Assembly: GCA_963676915.2 (NCBI GenBank)
Contig: CAXXVK010000043.1
Location: forward strand, 236,568 to 300,567
DNA: 64,000 nt
DNA from: Myxococcota bacterium
GTDB lineage: Bacteria; Myxococcota_A; SURF-8; G963663525
Reading direction: 5' to 3'
Shown here: piece after piece, positions 1-9,062 of the stretch
Layout: each line of letters begins with the position of its first letter
How positions within the stretch are numbered: position 1 is the first letter of the stretch
Program-made: the position numbers and the translations under genes
The notes under the pieces: generated by a model
Database searches by the model: none
What the model was told of the DNA's origin: nothing
What the model saw: only the letters and a program-made list of their open reading frames with translations

Positions 1-1020
1 GGCAAACTCGAACGGCTGATGAAGCTGCAATTCGAGCGTGTCGGAGTGAATCTGCGCGCCGAATGCGTAGCGCTCAAATCCAATACGGGCGATGCTGGCA
101 AATTCAAAGCGCTGGCGGAAGTGGTCAAAGAAAACTCCGACGCCGTGCCGATCCTGATGGGCGAAGCGGATGTGATCGCAGACGCTCTGGAAGTGCTCAA
201 AGAGCGCCGCCCGATTCTGTACGCCGCACACCGTGCGAACGCCCAGGCCATGGCGGAGTTGGCGCAGAAATACGATGCGCCGCTGGCCGTGGTAGGGGAA
301 AACCTTGACGAAGTGGCCGATCTGACTCAGAAATTGACCGATGCAGGTCTGAAAGATCTGTTGATCGACGGCGGTTGCCGCAGCATCAAGCAAGCGCTTT
401 TCGATCAAGTCGCCATGCGTCGTCTGGCCACCCAGCAGACCTTCCGTCCGATGGGCTTCCCTTCCATTGTGTTCCCCTGCGAGATGACCGATGATTTCCT
501 GATGGAAAACGTCTATGCCTCGCTGTTCATCGCCAAGTATGCCGGAATCATCGTCATGAGCGATCTTCGGGGCGAGAACCTCTATCCGCTGACCGTCGAA
601 CGCCTCAATATCTACACCGACCCGCAACGGCCGATGAAGACCACCGAGGGCATTTACGAGTTGAACAACCCGACGGAAGAATCTCCGGTGCTGATTACCT
701 CGAACTTCTCGTTGACCTACTTTGTGGTGTCCGGCGAAATCGAGGCCAGCCGCGTTCCCACCTGGCTGCTCGTGCTCGATACCGATGGATTGTCGGTACT
801 AACTGCTTGGGCTGCCGGAAAATTCGTCGGCGATACGGTAGGTGCGCTCGTCAAGAAGTGTGGCATCGAGGACAAAGTCAAAACCAAAAAGCTGGTACTG
901 CCTGGATACGTTGCCGTGTTGACCGGTGACGTCGAAGAAGAACTTCCCAATTGGGAAGTGATCGTCGGTCCGCGGGAAAGTGCTCACATTCCCGCTTTCC
1001 TGAAGCAGAATTACGCTTAA
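1..1020 (+). CDS. acsC: Corrinoid iron-sulfur protein large subunit (CODH/ACS gamma), 5'-truncated by window edge
   Basis: Frame open from base 1. Motifs NIYTDPQRP, SPVLITSNFSLTYF, GLSVLTAWAAGKF and VGPRES are typical of AcsC/CdhE. Followed by acsE. Confidence 0.95.
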   Translation, partial: GKLERLMKLQFERVGVNLRAECVALKSNTGDAGKFKALAEVVKENSDAVPILMGEADVIADALEVLKERRPILYAAHRANAQAMAELAQKYDAPLAVVGENLDEVADLTQKLTDAGLKDLLIDGGCRSIKQALFDQVAMRRLATQQTFRPMGFPSIVFPCEMTDDFLMENVYASLFIAKYAGIIVMSDLRGENLYPLTVERLNIYTDPQRPMKTTEGIYELNNPTEESPVLITSNFSLTYFVVSGEIEASRVPTWLLVLDTDGLSVLTAWAAGKFVGDTVGALVKKCGIEDKVKTKKLVLPGYVAVLTGDVEEELPNWEVIVGPRESAHIPAFLKQNYA

Positions 1021-1046
1021 TGGTAAAAAGTTTGGTTTGCGAATCA

Positions 1047-1090
1047 CCCGACTTCTCCTATACTGCTAGGGGGAGTCGGGCTCTTTTGTT
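1047..1090 (+). terminator. Stem-loop with T-rich tail between acsC and acsE (terminator/attenuator-like)
   Basis: CCCGACTTCTCCTA-loop-TAGGGGGAGTCGGG followed by CTCTTTTGTT. Confidence 0.5.
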
Positions 1091-1119
1091 CTAACCTCAT
1101 AGATGGAAGGGAAGGGAAA

Positions 1120-2010
1120 ATGCTTTTTGTTGCCGAGAACATCAACGTGATGTCGAAATCCTTGGGACCGGCCATGCGCAACCGCGAAGCCGGACCGATC
1201 GAGAACATGGCGAAAATCCTTGCCGCAAACGGCGCGGATTATCTCGATGTCAACGTCGGTCCTGCCCGTAAAAACGGTGCGGAAATGGTCGAGTGGGTCG
1301 TCAAAACGGTTCAGGGTGCGGTAGACAAACCTCTGTGGGTCGATACCACCAATATCGAAGCCATGGAAGCCGGACTGAAAGCCCACAACAACAGTTGGGG
1401 ACAACCGGTGATCAACTCCATCGACGCCACCGAGGCTCGTATGGAAAAAATGATCCCGATGGTCGCCAAGTACAACACCAAAATGGTCGCATTGCTGTAC
1501 GGAGTGGACGGTATCCCCCGCGACGAAAACGAGCGTGGTCTGATGGCCGCCGACCTGCTGATGAAGACCATGGAAGCCGGGATTCCTGCCGAGGACATTT
1601 TCTACGATCCGATCGTTGTTCCCGTTTCTTCGCAGCAGAACCAGGTTGTGGCCTGCACGGCGTTCATGGAAATGCTCGGTGACATCGCCCCCGGTGCCGG
1701 AAGCACCTGCGGCCTGTCGAATATTTCCAACGGTTCTCCCGAAGAACTGCGCCACGTTCTCAATCATGCCTATGTGATCATGCTCAAGCATCGTGGCATG
1801 AGCTCGGCTATCCTCGACGGCCTCGACAAGACCATTATGGATATCGCCAAAGATCGTCGCGCCGACTTGGAAGAAGCCGTGACGAAGGCCGAATCCGGCG
1901 AATGGAATGCCAGCACGACGGGCCTGTCCGAAGAACAGATGAACATGGTCAAGTCGGTGAAAGTTCTCACCAACAACGCCCTGTACTCCGATTCCTGGCT
2001 CGAACTGTAA
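1120..2010 (+). CDS. acsE: Methyltetrahydrofolate:corrinoid iron-sulfur protein methyltransferase
   Basis: Pterin-binding TIM barrel motifs (ENIN, YLDVNVG, DTTN, INS, DP, GLSNISNG). Ends YSDSWLEL. Lies in the acs cluster with a good RBS. Confidence 0.93.
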   Translation: MLFVAENINVMSKSLGPAMRNREAGPIENMAKILAANGADYLDVNVGPARKNGAEMVEWVVKTVQGAVDKPLWVDTTNIEAMEAGLKAHNNSWGQPVINSIDATEARMEKMIPMVAKYNTKMVALLYGVDGIPRDENERGLMAADLLMKTMEAGIPAEDIFYDPIVVPVSSQQNQVVACTAFMEMLGDIAPGAGSTCGLSNISNGSPEELRHVLNHAYVIMLKHRGMSSAILDGLDKTIMDIAKDRRADLEEAVTKAESGEWNASTTGLSEEQMNMVKSVKVLTNNALYSDSWLEL

Positions 2011-2033
2011 ACGACAATATAAGAAGGAATGCG

Positions 2034-2708
2034 ATGACCTCGGAGGATAAACGCCCCGAACTCGTCAAGCAGACCAACCTCGAAACAGCCTTGCAGTTGG
2101 CGCTGGATATCCTGCGCCAACGCAGGGCTGTTGATTTTTCCGAGCGTTGCGGGGTGGATGTATACGAAATCGACGGAAAAACCGTCGTAGACCTGCCATA
2201 TTTCAACGAGCATTGCCGGTTCACACTGCCGGATTGGGATGCTGAAATCGACAACGGGCGACCGCTCTATCTGTACGAAAAAATCTTTTTGCTGCACTAT
2301 CTTGCATCGGAAGGCTACGAAACGGACAAAGAAGGGTTGATCGCCTTCAGCGAAATTCCCGACGGTCGGTTTTACGAAGACGCTTTTCGTCGTCGAGCCA
2401 AAGTGCCTTTGGTGGGAATATTCGGCGAAATTCCGGATCGTTTGCTGGAAGCGGCAACGAAATATCTCGATGCCGAGCCGACCCAGGATGCGGATGTGGC
2501 TTTTCGGGTACGTGTTTTTCCGAAAGTTCCCGTAACGGTGCAACTGTGGAGAGGTGACGATGAATTCCCGCCGGAAGGGAATTTTTTATTCAAACCTGAT
2601 ATCAATCACTTCCTTTCGGCGGAAGACGTTGCCATTTTAACGGGTATGGTATTGGGTAAACTGAAATTCGCGCTCAAGCAGTTGGATGAGGAAGGAGAAC
2701 TGACGTGA
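2034..2708 (+). CDS. DUF3786 domain protein
   Basis: ATG after AAGAAGGA. Motifs LLHYL, F.E.P.G..Y, FPKVP....LW.GD.EFPP and L.AED match DUF3786, which is often found in corrinoid/acs clusters. Confidence 0.8.
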   Translation: MTSEDKRPELVKQTNLETALQLALDILRQRRAVDFSERCGVDVYEIDGKTVVDLPYFNEHCRFTLPDWDAEIDNGRPLYLYEKIFLLHYLASEGYETDKEGLIAFSEIPDGRFYEDAFRRRAKVPLVGIFGEIPDRLLEAATKYLDAEPTQDADVAFRVRVFPKVPVTVQLWRGDDEFPPEGNFLFKPDINHFLSAEDVAILTGMVLGKLKFALKQLDEEGELT

Positions 2709-3481
2709 GTCTCAAACTGGCGATTGGTGGCAAAGGCGGAGTAGGGAAAACGACGGTTTCGGCCCTGTTGTCGAGAATTCTGGCAAGCAGGGGGCAGCGG
2801 GTGATCGCCATCGATGCCGATCCCGTGACGAATCTTGCGGCAGGTCTGGGGATCCCCGAAGACGAGCCGATTACACCGATTGCCGAGTTGTCCGAACTCA
2901 TCGAAGAACGCACCGGAGCGAAACCCGGCACGATGGGCGGCTTTTTTACGCTCAATCCTAAAGTGGACGATATTCCCGACCGCTTCAGCCGGGAACGCGA
3001 TGGCGTCAAGCTGCTGGTGATGGGAACGATCCAAACCGGTGGGATGGGATGTATTTGTCCCGAAAGCACGATTCTAAAAGCCCTGATGCAGCATCTTGTC
3101 CTGTATCGGGACGACATCGTGATCATGGATATGGAAGCAGGTGTCGAGCACCTTGGGCGGGCGACATCTCGTTCGGTGGATGCCCTGCTGATCGTCGTCA
3201 ACCCCGGCGCACGCAGTCGGATGGCAGCTCACCGCATTCGTAAACTGGCCACCGATATCGGTATTCAGCACGTTATGGTGTTGGGAAATCGGTTTCGTGG
3301 TCCCGAGGACGAAGCCTTGTTGAGAGAATCTCTGCCGGACTTCGAAGTCATCGGCACGATTCCCGAGATGGAAGATGTGATTCAGGCCGACAGAGATGCG
3401 AAACGCCCGTTCGAAAACATCGAAGAGGCTCCGAAACCTCTGTTCGACCTGGCGGAAAGGGTGCTTACTCTGTCCCGCTGA
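2705..3481 (+). CDS. cooC: CODH/ACS nickel-insertion ATPase (CooC/AcsF)
   Basis: GKGGVGKTT Walker A, IDADP, GCICP metal motif, DMEAGVEHLGR. Confidence 0.95.
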   Translation: MSLKLAIGGKGGVGKTTVSALLSRILASRGQRVIAIDADPVTNLAAGLGIPEDEPITPIAELSELIEERTGAKPGTMGGFFTLNPKVDDIPDRFSRERDGVKLLVMGTIQTGGMGCICPESTILKALMQHLVLYRDDIVIMDMEAGVEHLGRATSRSVDALLIVVNPGARSRMAAHRIRKLATDIGIQHVMVLGNRFRGPEDEALLRESLPDFEVIGTIPEMEDVIQADRDAKRPFENIEEAPKPLFDLAERVLTLSR

Positions 3482-3659
3482 ACACGATGCGGTTCGACAT
3501 ATAGTTGATCTCGGTGATGGTCCCGGATACTTCCAGACTGTCACCGAGAATTCCGCGCAGCATGAATTTTCCGCCTTCCAACGGCAGAACCTTCGCGACG
3601 CTTTCCATGACCAACTCTTCTTTTTCGCCCTTTTTCACGTAAGCAGCCGATTCACACAT
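3465..3659 (-). CDS. cooT: CooT family nickel-binding protein
   Basis: 64 aa starting MCES, with ELVME.V and ILG motifs. RBS GGAGAAGG. Adjacent to cooC. Confidence 0.8.
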   Translation of the reverse strand: MCESAAYVKKGEKEELVMESVAKVLPLEGGKFMLRGILGDSLEVSGTITEINYMSNRIVFSGTE

Positions 3660-3990
3660 CTTTCCTTCTCCATCCTGTATTGTAGCCGGATTCGTTTTCT
3701 ACGCCGGAATCCGTCAAAAGTGAATGTCTCGCACCAATCAAGCGATCATTACAAGTTATTGTAGGATTCGATGATGGGTGGGTCAAGACGTAGCCGTGGG
3801 GTTCCACGAAAATTTCCGGTACATTTGGATGAATTTTTCACAAAAGATGACCTTATTGTGCGAGTTGTTTGTTTGATAATGCCTGATCTTATCGATCCTC
3901 CGAAGCTTCTTGAATCTCGCACGAAAATCAGTACAATGAATCTGTGACGAAAATCATCGAAGGCACGTATTTCTACGAAAGAAGGCCGGT

Positions 3991-5664
3991 ATGTTCAGAA
4001 AATTTTTGGTGGGGTTGTGGGTCGTTTTGTGCGTTACTGCGCTCGAAGCGAAAGCCGAAGAAATCTGGGTGATCGGCGCCGGTTCCGAAAGCACGATATG
4101 GAAGGCCCTCGGGGGAGATGCTACGCTTTCGGGAGGTTGGAAGCTGGATAGTGTGTCCATCGAGCGCAGCCAGGTGAAAGCCTGCTACAAACAAAAATCT
4201 TCGAAACCGTTTTGCTTGACCGTGGTACATCCCGATCAAGCGGAGAAAAACGCCCATAAAGCCGGAGCCGCCTCGGTTGTGTGTGATAAAAAAGACGTCG
4301 ATGCTTCCAAGAAAAAACTGCTTGATGTCGTGGCGACCCGCTTGAAACGAAGTGGGTGGGCCAACGTATGGACTCGTTCGAAAAAAGAGGGTAGCTCGAT
4401 GGGAAAAGAAGATTCCCCTCGCGTGGCGCACCTCCTTGAAATTACGGACTATTTGATGTCTCAAGAGAGATTCGATCTCAGCCGGATTGCTTGGAACATG
4501 GCGGCGGAAATCGATCCTGATAATCCTGAACTGCAAATACGGAAAATCCGACAGGATATTCTGGAATCCAAACTCAAAAGTGTAAGGAAATGGATCGAAG
4601 AAAACGAAAAACGTTTTCCCGACTTGAAAGCGAAATTTTCCGTGGAAAAAGCGAAAATCTTCGCGCTCGAGGAAAATTTCCCGGAAGCTTTCAAAGTCCT
4701 TGAATCGATTGCTGAAAAGGGAAAAATCTCCATCGATGCCTGCAACGGTGTGGTGGATATTTCAAAGCTTGTCGGAAAGAAAATCAGTCCCAAAATGCAA
4801 CTTGAGTTTTTGTTGAAATCGCTCAATTCCTTCGATTTTTGCGATGATGTCTGGAAGCTGTTCTCCGATAAAATGCTGGAAGCGGGTCGGGCGTTGCAAT
4901 TTCTGGAACGATTGGAGCAAAAGATTGCACAACAACCTGAAAAACCGGAATGGCTGCGACTGAAAGCCATGGCATTGTGGCGTTTGAAGAGGTTCCGCGA
5001 AACACTCGCTGTCTGGGAAAAACTGTACGATCTTTCTCCCGATCCGACGCTGGTCGATCGGCATACCTCGTTGATTACCCGGTTGGCGGATGAAAAAGAC
5101 CTGTACGATCAAATGGTTCGGCGTCTGAATGAAAAGCCGGGCGATATGCTGGCTCGTCATGCGATAGCCATTCTGAATTACTATCATCGAAATTACGAGA
5201 CATGTCGGACGATGGTGGACGAACTTATTAAAGTGCTGCCGGAAGATCCTCGCCTGTATATCTACGGGGCGATGAGTCGGTATGAGCTTGGCGATTGGGA
5301 TGGTGCTCGCCAGTGGTTGTTCGAGCTGGACAACAAAGGTTTCGGCGATGGCGATTTGTATTATTGCAAAGCCGTGATCTGGCATCGCAAAGATCCGGCT
5401 AAGGCGTTGGAAAACCTCGACATTTTTATCGGTCGTCCGGTAGGTCCGGAAGATCACTTGCCCAAGCACGCCCACGCCGTAGAGATTCGCGAACAGCTTG
5501 CACGGGGTGAAACCATTTGGGAATGGCTGCCGGACAACGAGTATCCCATCGATCCGTTCATTATTCCTTACCTGATCGATTACGGCATTCCGGTTGCTAT
5601 AGCGGTGCTGTTGTTGTTTGTATTGTCGATAGTCCTTTTCGCGAAAAAGCGGAAAAAGTCGTAA
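3991..5664 (+). CDS. Secreted TPR-repeat protein with C-terminal membrane anchor
   Basis: N-terminal signal peptide, helical TPR-like repeats, C-terminal hydrophobic helix followed by KKRKKS. Confidence 0.7.
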   Translation: MFRKFLVGLWVVLCVTALEAKAEEIWVIGAGSESTIWKALGGDATLSGGWKLDSVSIERSQVKACYKQKSSKPFCLTVVHPDQAEKNAHKAGAASVVCDKKDVDASKKKLLDVVATRLKRSGWANVWTRSKKEGSSMGKEDSPRVAHLLEITDYLMSQERFDLSRIAWNMAAEIDPDNPELQIRKIRQDILESKLKSVRKWIEENEKRFPDLKAKFSVEKAKIFALEENFPEAFKVLESIAEKGKISIDACNGVVDISKLVGKKISPKMQLEFLLKSLNSFDFCDDVWKLFSDKMLEAGRALQFLERLEQKIAQQPEKPEWLRLKAMALWRLKRFRETLAVWEKLYDLSPDPTLVDRHTSLITRLADEKDLYDQMVRRLNEKPGDMLARHAIAILNYYHRNYETCRTMVDELIKVLPEDPRLYIYGAMSRYELGDWDGARQWLFELDNKGFGDGDLYYCKAVIWHRKDPAKALENLDIFIGRPVGPEDHLPKHAHAVEIREQLARGETIWEWLPDNEYPIDPFIIPYLIDYGIPVAIAVLLLFVLSIVLFAKKRKKS

Positions 5665-5666
5665 TG

Positions 5667-5869
5667 GGGTGCATCACAAAATAGTGCGACTTTCGTAAAA
5701 TCCTCTTTTTTCGTAGCGGCGAGGCGTAAGCCCGCCGTTTTTGCCTTTTGAAAGTTGCTTTTATACCCCCAATTTCCCTTTTCGGCGGGCTTACGCCTCG
5801 CCGCTACAACCAAACGAATGAATGCTTCAATAGTATTGGGCCTATTCGCACCATTTTGTGATGCACCTG
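5667..5869. mobile_element. MITE copy 1 (~200 bp) with ~22-bp terminal inverted repeats, 9-bp target duplication and internal REP doublet
   Basis: Ends GGTGCATCACAAAAT...ATTTTGTGATGCACC. Flanking direct repeat GTCGTAATG at 5658-5666 and 5870-5878. Perfect 25-bp inverted repeat at 5713-5737 and 5783-5807. Near-identical copy at 8758. Confidence 0.85.
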
Positions 5870-5896
5870 GTCGTAATGATTCGGGTTAGCAAATTC

Positions 5897-5925
5897 TTGA
5901 CAAGGGTGCCGTTGCGGGGCATAGT
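5897..5925 (+). promoter_or_regulatory. Sigma70-type promoter of tRNA-Gly
   Basis: TTGACA-17 nt-CATAGT ending 15 nt before the tRNA. Confidence 0.65.
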
Positions 5926-5940
5926 TTCCGGGTCTTGCAT

Positions 5941-6016
5941 GCGGGCGTAACTCAGTTGGTAGAGTGGCAGCTTCCCAAGCTGCAAGTCGCGGGTTCGAGT
6001 CCCGTTGCCCGCTCCA
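5941..6016 (+). tRNA. tRNA-Gly (CCC)
   Basis: Acceptor stem GCGGGCG/TGCCCGC, D-loop AGTTGGTA, anticodon loop TTCCCAA, T-loop GGTTCGAGTCC, encoded CCA. Confidence 0.97.
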
Positions 6017-6057
6017 AATAAAAAACCACCGCACGTGCGGTGGTTTTTTATTTGGAG
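6012..6057. terminator. Bidirectional terminator between tRNA-Gly and lemA
   Basis: Perfect 46-bp palindrome with A6/T6 tracts between convergent genes. Confidence 0.8.
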
Positions 6058-6068
6058 TATCTCATTCG

Positions 6069-6626
6069 TCAGAATTTGACCTTCGGTGCTTGCTTGGCGG
6101 CTTCTTCTACCTCGAAGTACTCCGCTTTCTCCACGCCTGCCATATCGGCCCACCATTTGCCTGGAATTCCCCGGACGTAGGTGTTCAGTTGCTTGACGGC
6201 TTCGTTGTACCTCTTGCGTTCTACGGCGATACGGTTTTCGGTGCCTTCGATCTGATCTTGAAGCTTCAAAAAGCCTTGGTTGGCCTTGAGTTGGGGATAG
6301 GTTTCCTTGAGCATCAATAGCCGTGACAGCGCCCGTTCCATTCCTTGTGCCGCCTGAACTTTTTCGTCGCGTCCTTTGGCCTGAAAATACGATTCCCTGG
6401 CGTGCGCGATTTCACTGAAAATCTCTTTTTCGTGGGTGGCATAACCTTTGACGGTCTCGACGAGATTCGGGATCAGATCGTAGCGACGTTTCAATTGGTT
6501 TTCCACCTGGGCCCATTGACTTTCCACCTGTTCTTCGTAGGAGATCGCGGTGTTGTACCCGCAACCCTGGGCTGCAATGGTTACGAAAAATAGGAAGAAA
6601 ACGACGAAAATCGTGGAAGTTTTCAA
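6069..6626 (-). CDS. lemA: LemA family protein
   Basis: Motifs GCGYN, RRYDLIPNLVETVKGY, YPQLKAN, EGTENRIAVER.RYN. Confidence 0.93.
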   Translation of the reverse strand: MKTSTIFVVFFLFFVTIAAQGCGYNTAISYEEQVESQWAQVENQLKRRYDLIPNLVETVKGYATHEKEIFSEIAHARESYFQAKGRDEKVQAAQGMERALSRLLMLKETYPQLKANQGFLKLQDQIEGTENRIAVERKRYNEAVKQLNTYVRGIPGKWWADMAGVEKAEYFEVEEAAKQAPKVKF

Positions 6627-6828
6627 GGGTTTTCCTTTCCTTTTACTATCATATTGCTGGTTTCGTACTTTCGATACGTCAACCTAACAAAGCCTATTGA
6701 AACAGGCAAGCTCAAGACAAAACATGCTCCATCCTATTTTAGGGTTCCCGAGAGGGTTTTCAAGAACCGATCTATGAATTTGAAGGTTGCGCTTTTTGTT
6801 ACAATGGCGCAGTTTTTAGCAAAAACAT

Positions 6829-8337
6829 TCAGGAAATGATTGGAATGGGACCGGATAACCCGGACGTTTTAATGGGTGCCGGGCGCTTGTGCCAATGCGT
6901 GAGATCCTGGTACATCACTCCGCATTGAAGCAAGAAATCTTCGCGGAATGGAGCCGCCATCAGTTGCATGCCGATCGGCAGGCCCGAAGGGGTTCTTCCG
7001 CAGGGCAGACTCATGGCGCAGATCCCCGCGAGATTCGCCGGAACTGTATACATATCGGCAAGATAGGATGTCAACGGATCGTCGGGGATCTCGTCCGGTC
7101 TGGGAGGTAGAAACGGTGATACGGGGGCTAGGATTACGTCGCAGGAGTCGAAAGCTTCCATGAAATCCCGACGAATCAATTCCCGAACTTGTGCCGCTTT
7201 CCGGTAATAATCTTTGAAAGCGCTCTCGGTCAGGGCAAAAGTACCCATCAGAATCCGTCGTCGGACTTCTTCTCCGAATCCCTCGCGTCGGGTGGCTTTG
7301 TAGGTGGCTTGCAGATTGTCCTTGCTTACACGCTTTCCGTAACGCATGCCATCGAAACGCGACAGGTTGGATGACGCCTCCGACATAGCGATCACATAAT
7401 ATGTCGCTACGGCATGTTGCAAATGAGGAAGCTCGATGTTCACTACTTCTGCACCCAGCTTTTCGAAAACCGTTCGGGTGTTTTCCAGGGACTGACGGAT
7501 GTTTTCGTCCAGCTCGTTTCCGAAACTTTCCGGGCACCAGCCAACACGAAGATTGTCGAGTTCTCCTTCGGCCAGCAGGGAAAAATCTTCGTTTGCCCAC
7601 TTGTGGTGGGTTGAGTCGTTGGAATCGGGGTTGGTCATGGCGTCCAGCATGAATGCGGCGTCTTTGACCGTACGAGTCAGCGGTCCGATCTGTTCCAGGC
7701 TCGAACCATACGCCACGTTTCCGAAACGAGAGACGTTGCCGTAGGTGGGCAAGAATCCGACGGCGTTGCAAAACGCGGCCGGTTGCCGGATGCTTCCCCC
7801 GGTGTCGGAACCTAGCGCCGCCGCGACACAGCCGGACATCACGGCAGAGGCGGAACCTCCCGAGGAACCTCCCGAAACCCGTTGGAAATCCCAAGGGTTT
7901 TTTGCTCCGCCATGCACCGAGGTCTGGCAGGTGTTGCCCATGGCAAATTCGTCCATATCGGTCAAACCCATGACAATGGCCCCACATTCGCGTAGGTTGT
8001 GAACCGCTTCGGCGTCGTAGGGTGCAAGATATCCTTCGAGAACGGCGGAAGAGCAGTCGTTGGGCATGTCTTTTACGGCGATGGAACTTTTGACGGCAAT
8101 GGGGATGCCTGTTAGCACGCCTGCCCGTCCGGTTCGTAGCCAGTCGTCGGCGTCATCGGCTTGGATCATCAGTTCCCGAATCGGCATTTGGTGGACGAAC
8201 GGACGAAATTGCCCCTGAACATGTTGAATTCGTTCGTAAAAAGAATAAACGACTTCTTTGGCGGTTACGTCGCCGTTGTCCAGCATCTGGCGCAATTCGA
8301 TCAATGGGGTTTCACAAATTTCCATCGGCTCGCTCAC
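6829..8337 (-). CDS. gatA: Asp/Glu-tRNA amidotransferase subunit A
   Basis: Amidase signature GGSSGGS and GSDTGGSIRQPA, plus SSNLSRFDG.RYG and GFGEEV.RRI. Overlaps gatC. Confidence 0.9.
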   Translation of the reverse strand: MSEPMEICETPLIELRQMLDNGDVTAKEVVYSFYERIQHVQGQFRPFVHQMPIRELMIQADDADDWLRTGRAGVLTGIPIAVKSSIAVKDMPNDCSSAVLEGYLAPYDAEAVHNLRECGAIVMGLTDMDEFAMGNTCQTSVHGGAKNPWDFQRVSGGSSGGSASAVMSGCVAAALGSDTGGSIRQPAAFCNAVGFLPTYGNVSRFGNVAYGSSLEQIGPLTRTVKDAAFMLDAMTNPDSNDSTHHKWANEDFSLLAEGELDNLRVGWCPESFGNELDENIRQSLENTRTVFEKLGAEVVNIELPHLQHAVATYYVIAMSEASSNLSRFDGMRYGKRVSKDNLQATYKATRREGFGEEVRRRILMGTFALTESAFKDYYRKAAQVRELIRRDFMEAFDSCDVILAPVSPFLPPRPDEIPDDPLTSYLADMYTVPANLAGICAMSLPCGRTPSGLPIGMQLMAAPFREDFLLQCGVMYQDLTHWHKRPAPIKTSGLSGPIPIIS

Positions 8338-8618
8338 TCCATGACTTTCGGTACGCGAAGGTAGGAATTTTCGCGCTCTGACAGCGTTTGTTCCACCATT
8401 TTTCGGTCCAGTCCTTCTTTTACTTCGTCGTCTCTTAAGGGAAGACTTTCGTTGTTGGGATGAAACAGTGGAGGAACGTTGCTTGTATCGACGGCTTCCA
8501 GACTGGACATAAACTCCAGAATCCGTTCGAGTTCTTTGCTCAGTGTATCGCGTTCCATGTCGCGTAGATCGATTTGAGCCAGTTTCGCCAGTTTTTCGAG
8601 ATCGAATTGCGGGGACAT
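8334..8618 (-). CDS. gatC: Asp/Glu-tRNA amidotransferase subunit C
   Basis: 94 aa with LAKLA, VDT..V.P, LRDD and VPKV. RBS GGAGGA. Directly upstream of gatA. Confidence 0.9.
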   Translation of the reverse strand: MSPQFDLEKLAKLAQIDLRDMERDTLSKELERILEFMSSLEAVDTSNVPPLFHPNNESLPLRDDEVKEGLDRKMVEQTLSERENSYLRVPKVME

Positions 8619-8757
8619 GTCCGATTTCCTCCGTTTTTCACGATGCGCGAAAGTATACCTCGAAGATGCCACCGGGTCCATGGATCTTCTTGCAGAAAAA
8701 TTTGCGGATCGTGTGGGGGATCGATTGTCATGAAAACCTGGGATAATTCCGTTCATA

Positions 8758-8959
8758 GGGTGCATCACAAAAAATAGCGACTTTCGTAAAATCCTATTTT
8801 TTCGTAGCGGCGAGGCGTAAGCCCGCCGTTTTTGCCTTTTGAAAGTTGCTTTTATGCCCCCAATTTCCCTTTTCGGCGGGCTTACGCCTCGCCGCTACAA
8901 CCAAATGAATGAATGCTTCAATATTATTGGGCCAATTCGCTACATTTTGTGATGCAACC
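8758..8959. mobile_element. MITE copy 2 (same family as 5667-5869)
   Basis: Same ends and internal GTAGCGGCGAGGCGTAAGCCCGCCG inverted pair. Flanking 9-bp direct repeat CCGTTCATA at 8749-8757 and 8960-8968. Confidence 0.85.
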
Positions 8960-9062
8960 CCGTTCATACTCTGCCAAAAACTTTCATTGCAGGACCGGCT
9001 TTTCCCGTGGTACGTTCGGACGCTTTGTGTGTTTTCGGGGTACTTTTTTCGGATCGAACGAG

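Noticed and set aside
5580-5813. ORFs 5580-5813 and 8794-9105 sharing VVAARRKPAEKGNWG
   Set aside because: They are translations of the repeated MITE, not genes
5941-6016. tRNA-Gly as an integration site for a genomic island
   Set aside because: No integrase and no duplicated tRNA 3' end were seen in the window
5667-8959. The two MITE copies as ends of a composite transposon carrying tRNA-Gly, lemA and gatCA
   Set aside because: Each copy has its own distinct 9-bp duplication, so they are independent insertions
8913-9062. Longer N-terminus of the oxidoreductase from the ORF track
   Set aside because: It starts inside the MITE, and the Rossmann motif begins shortly after ATG 9063
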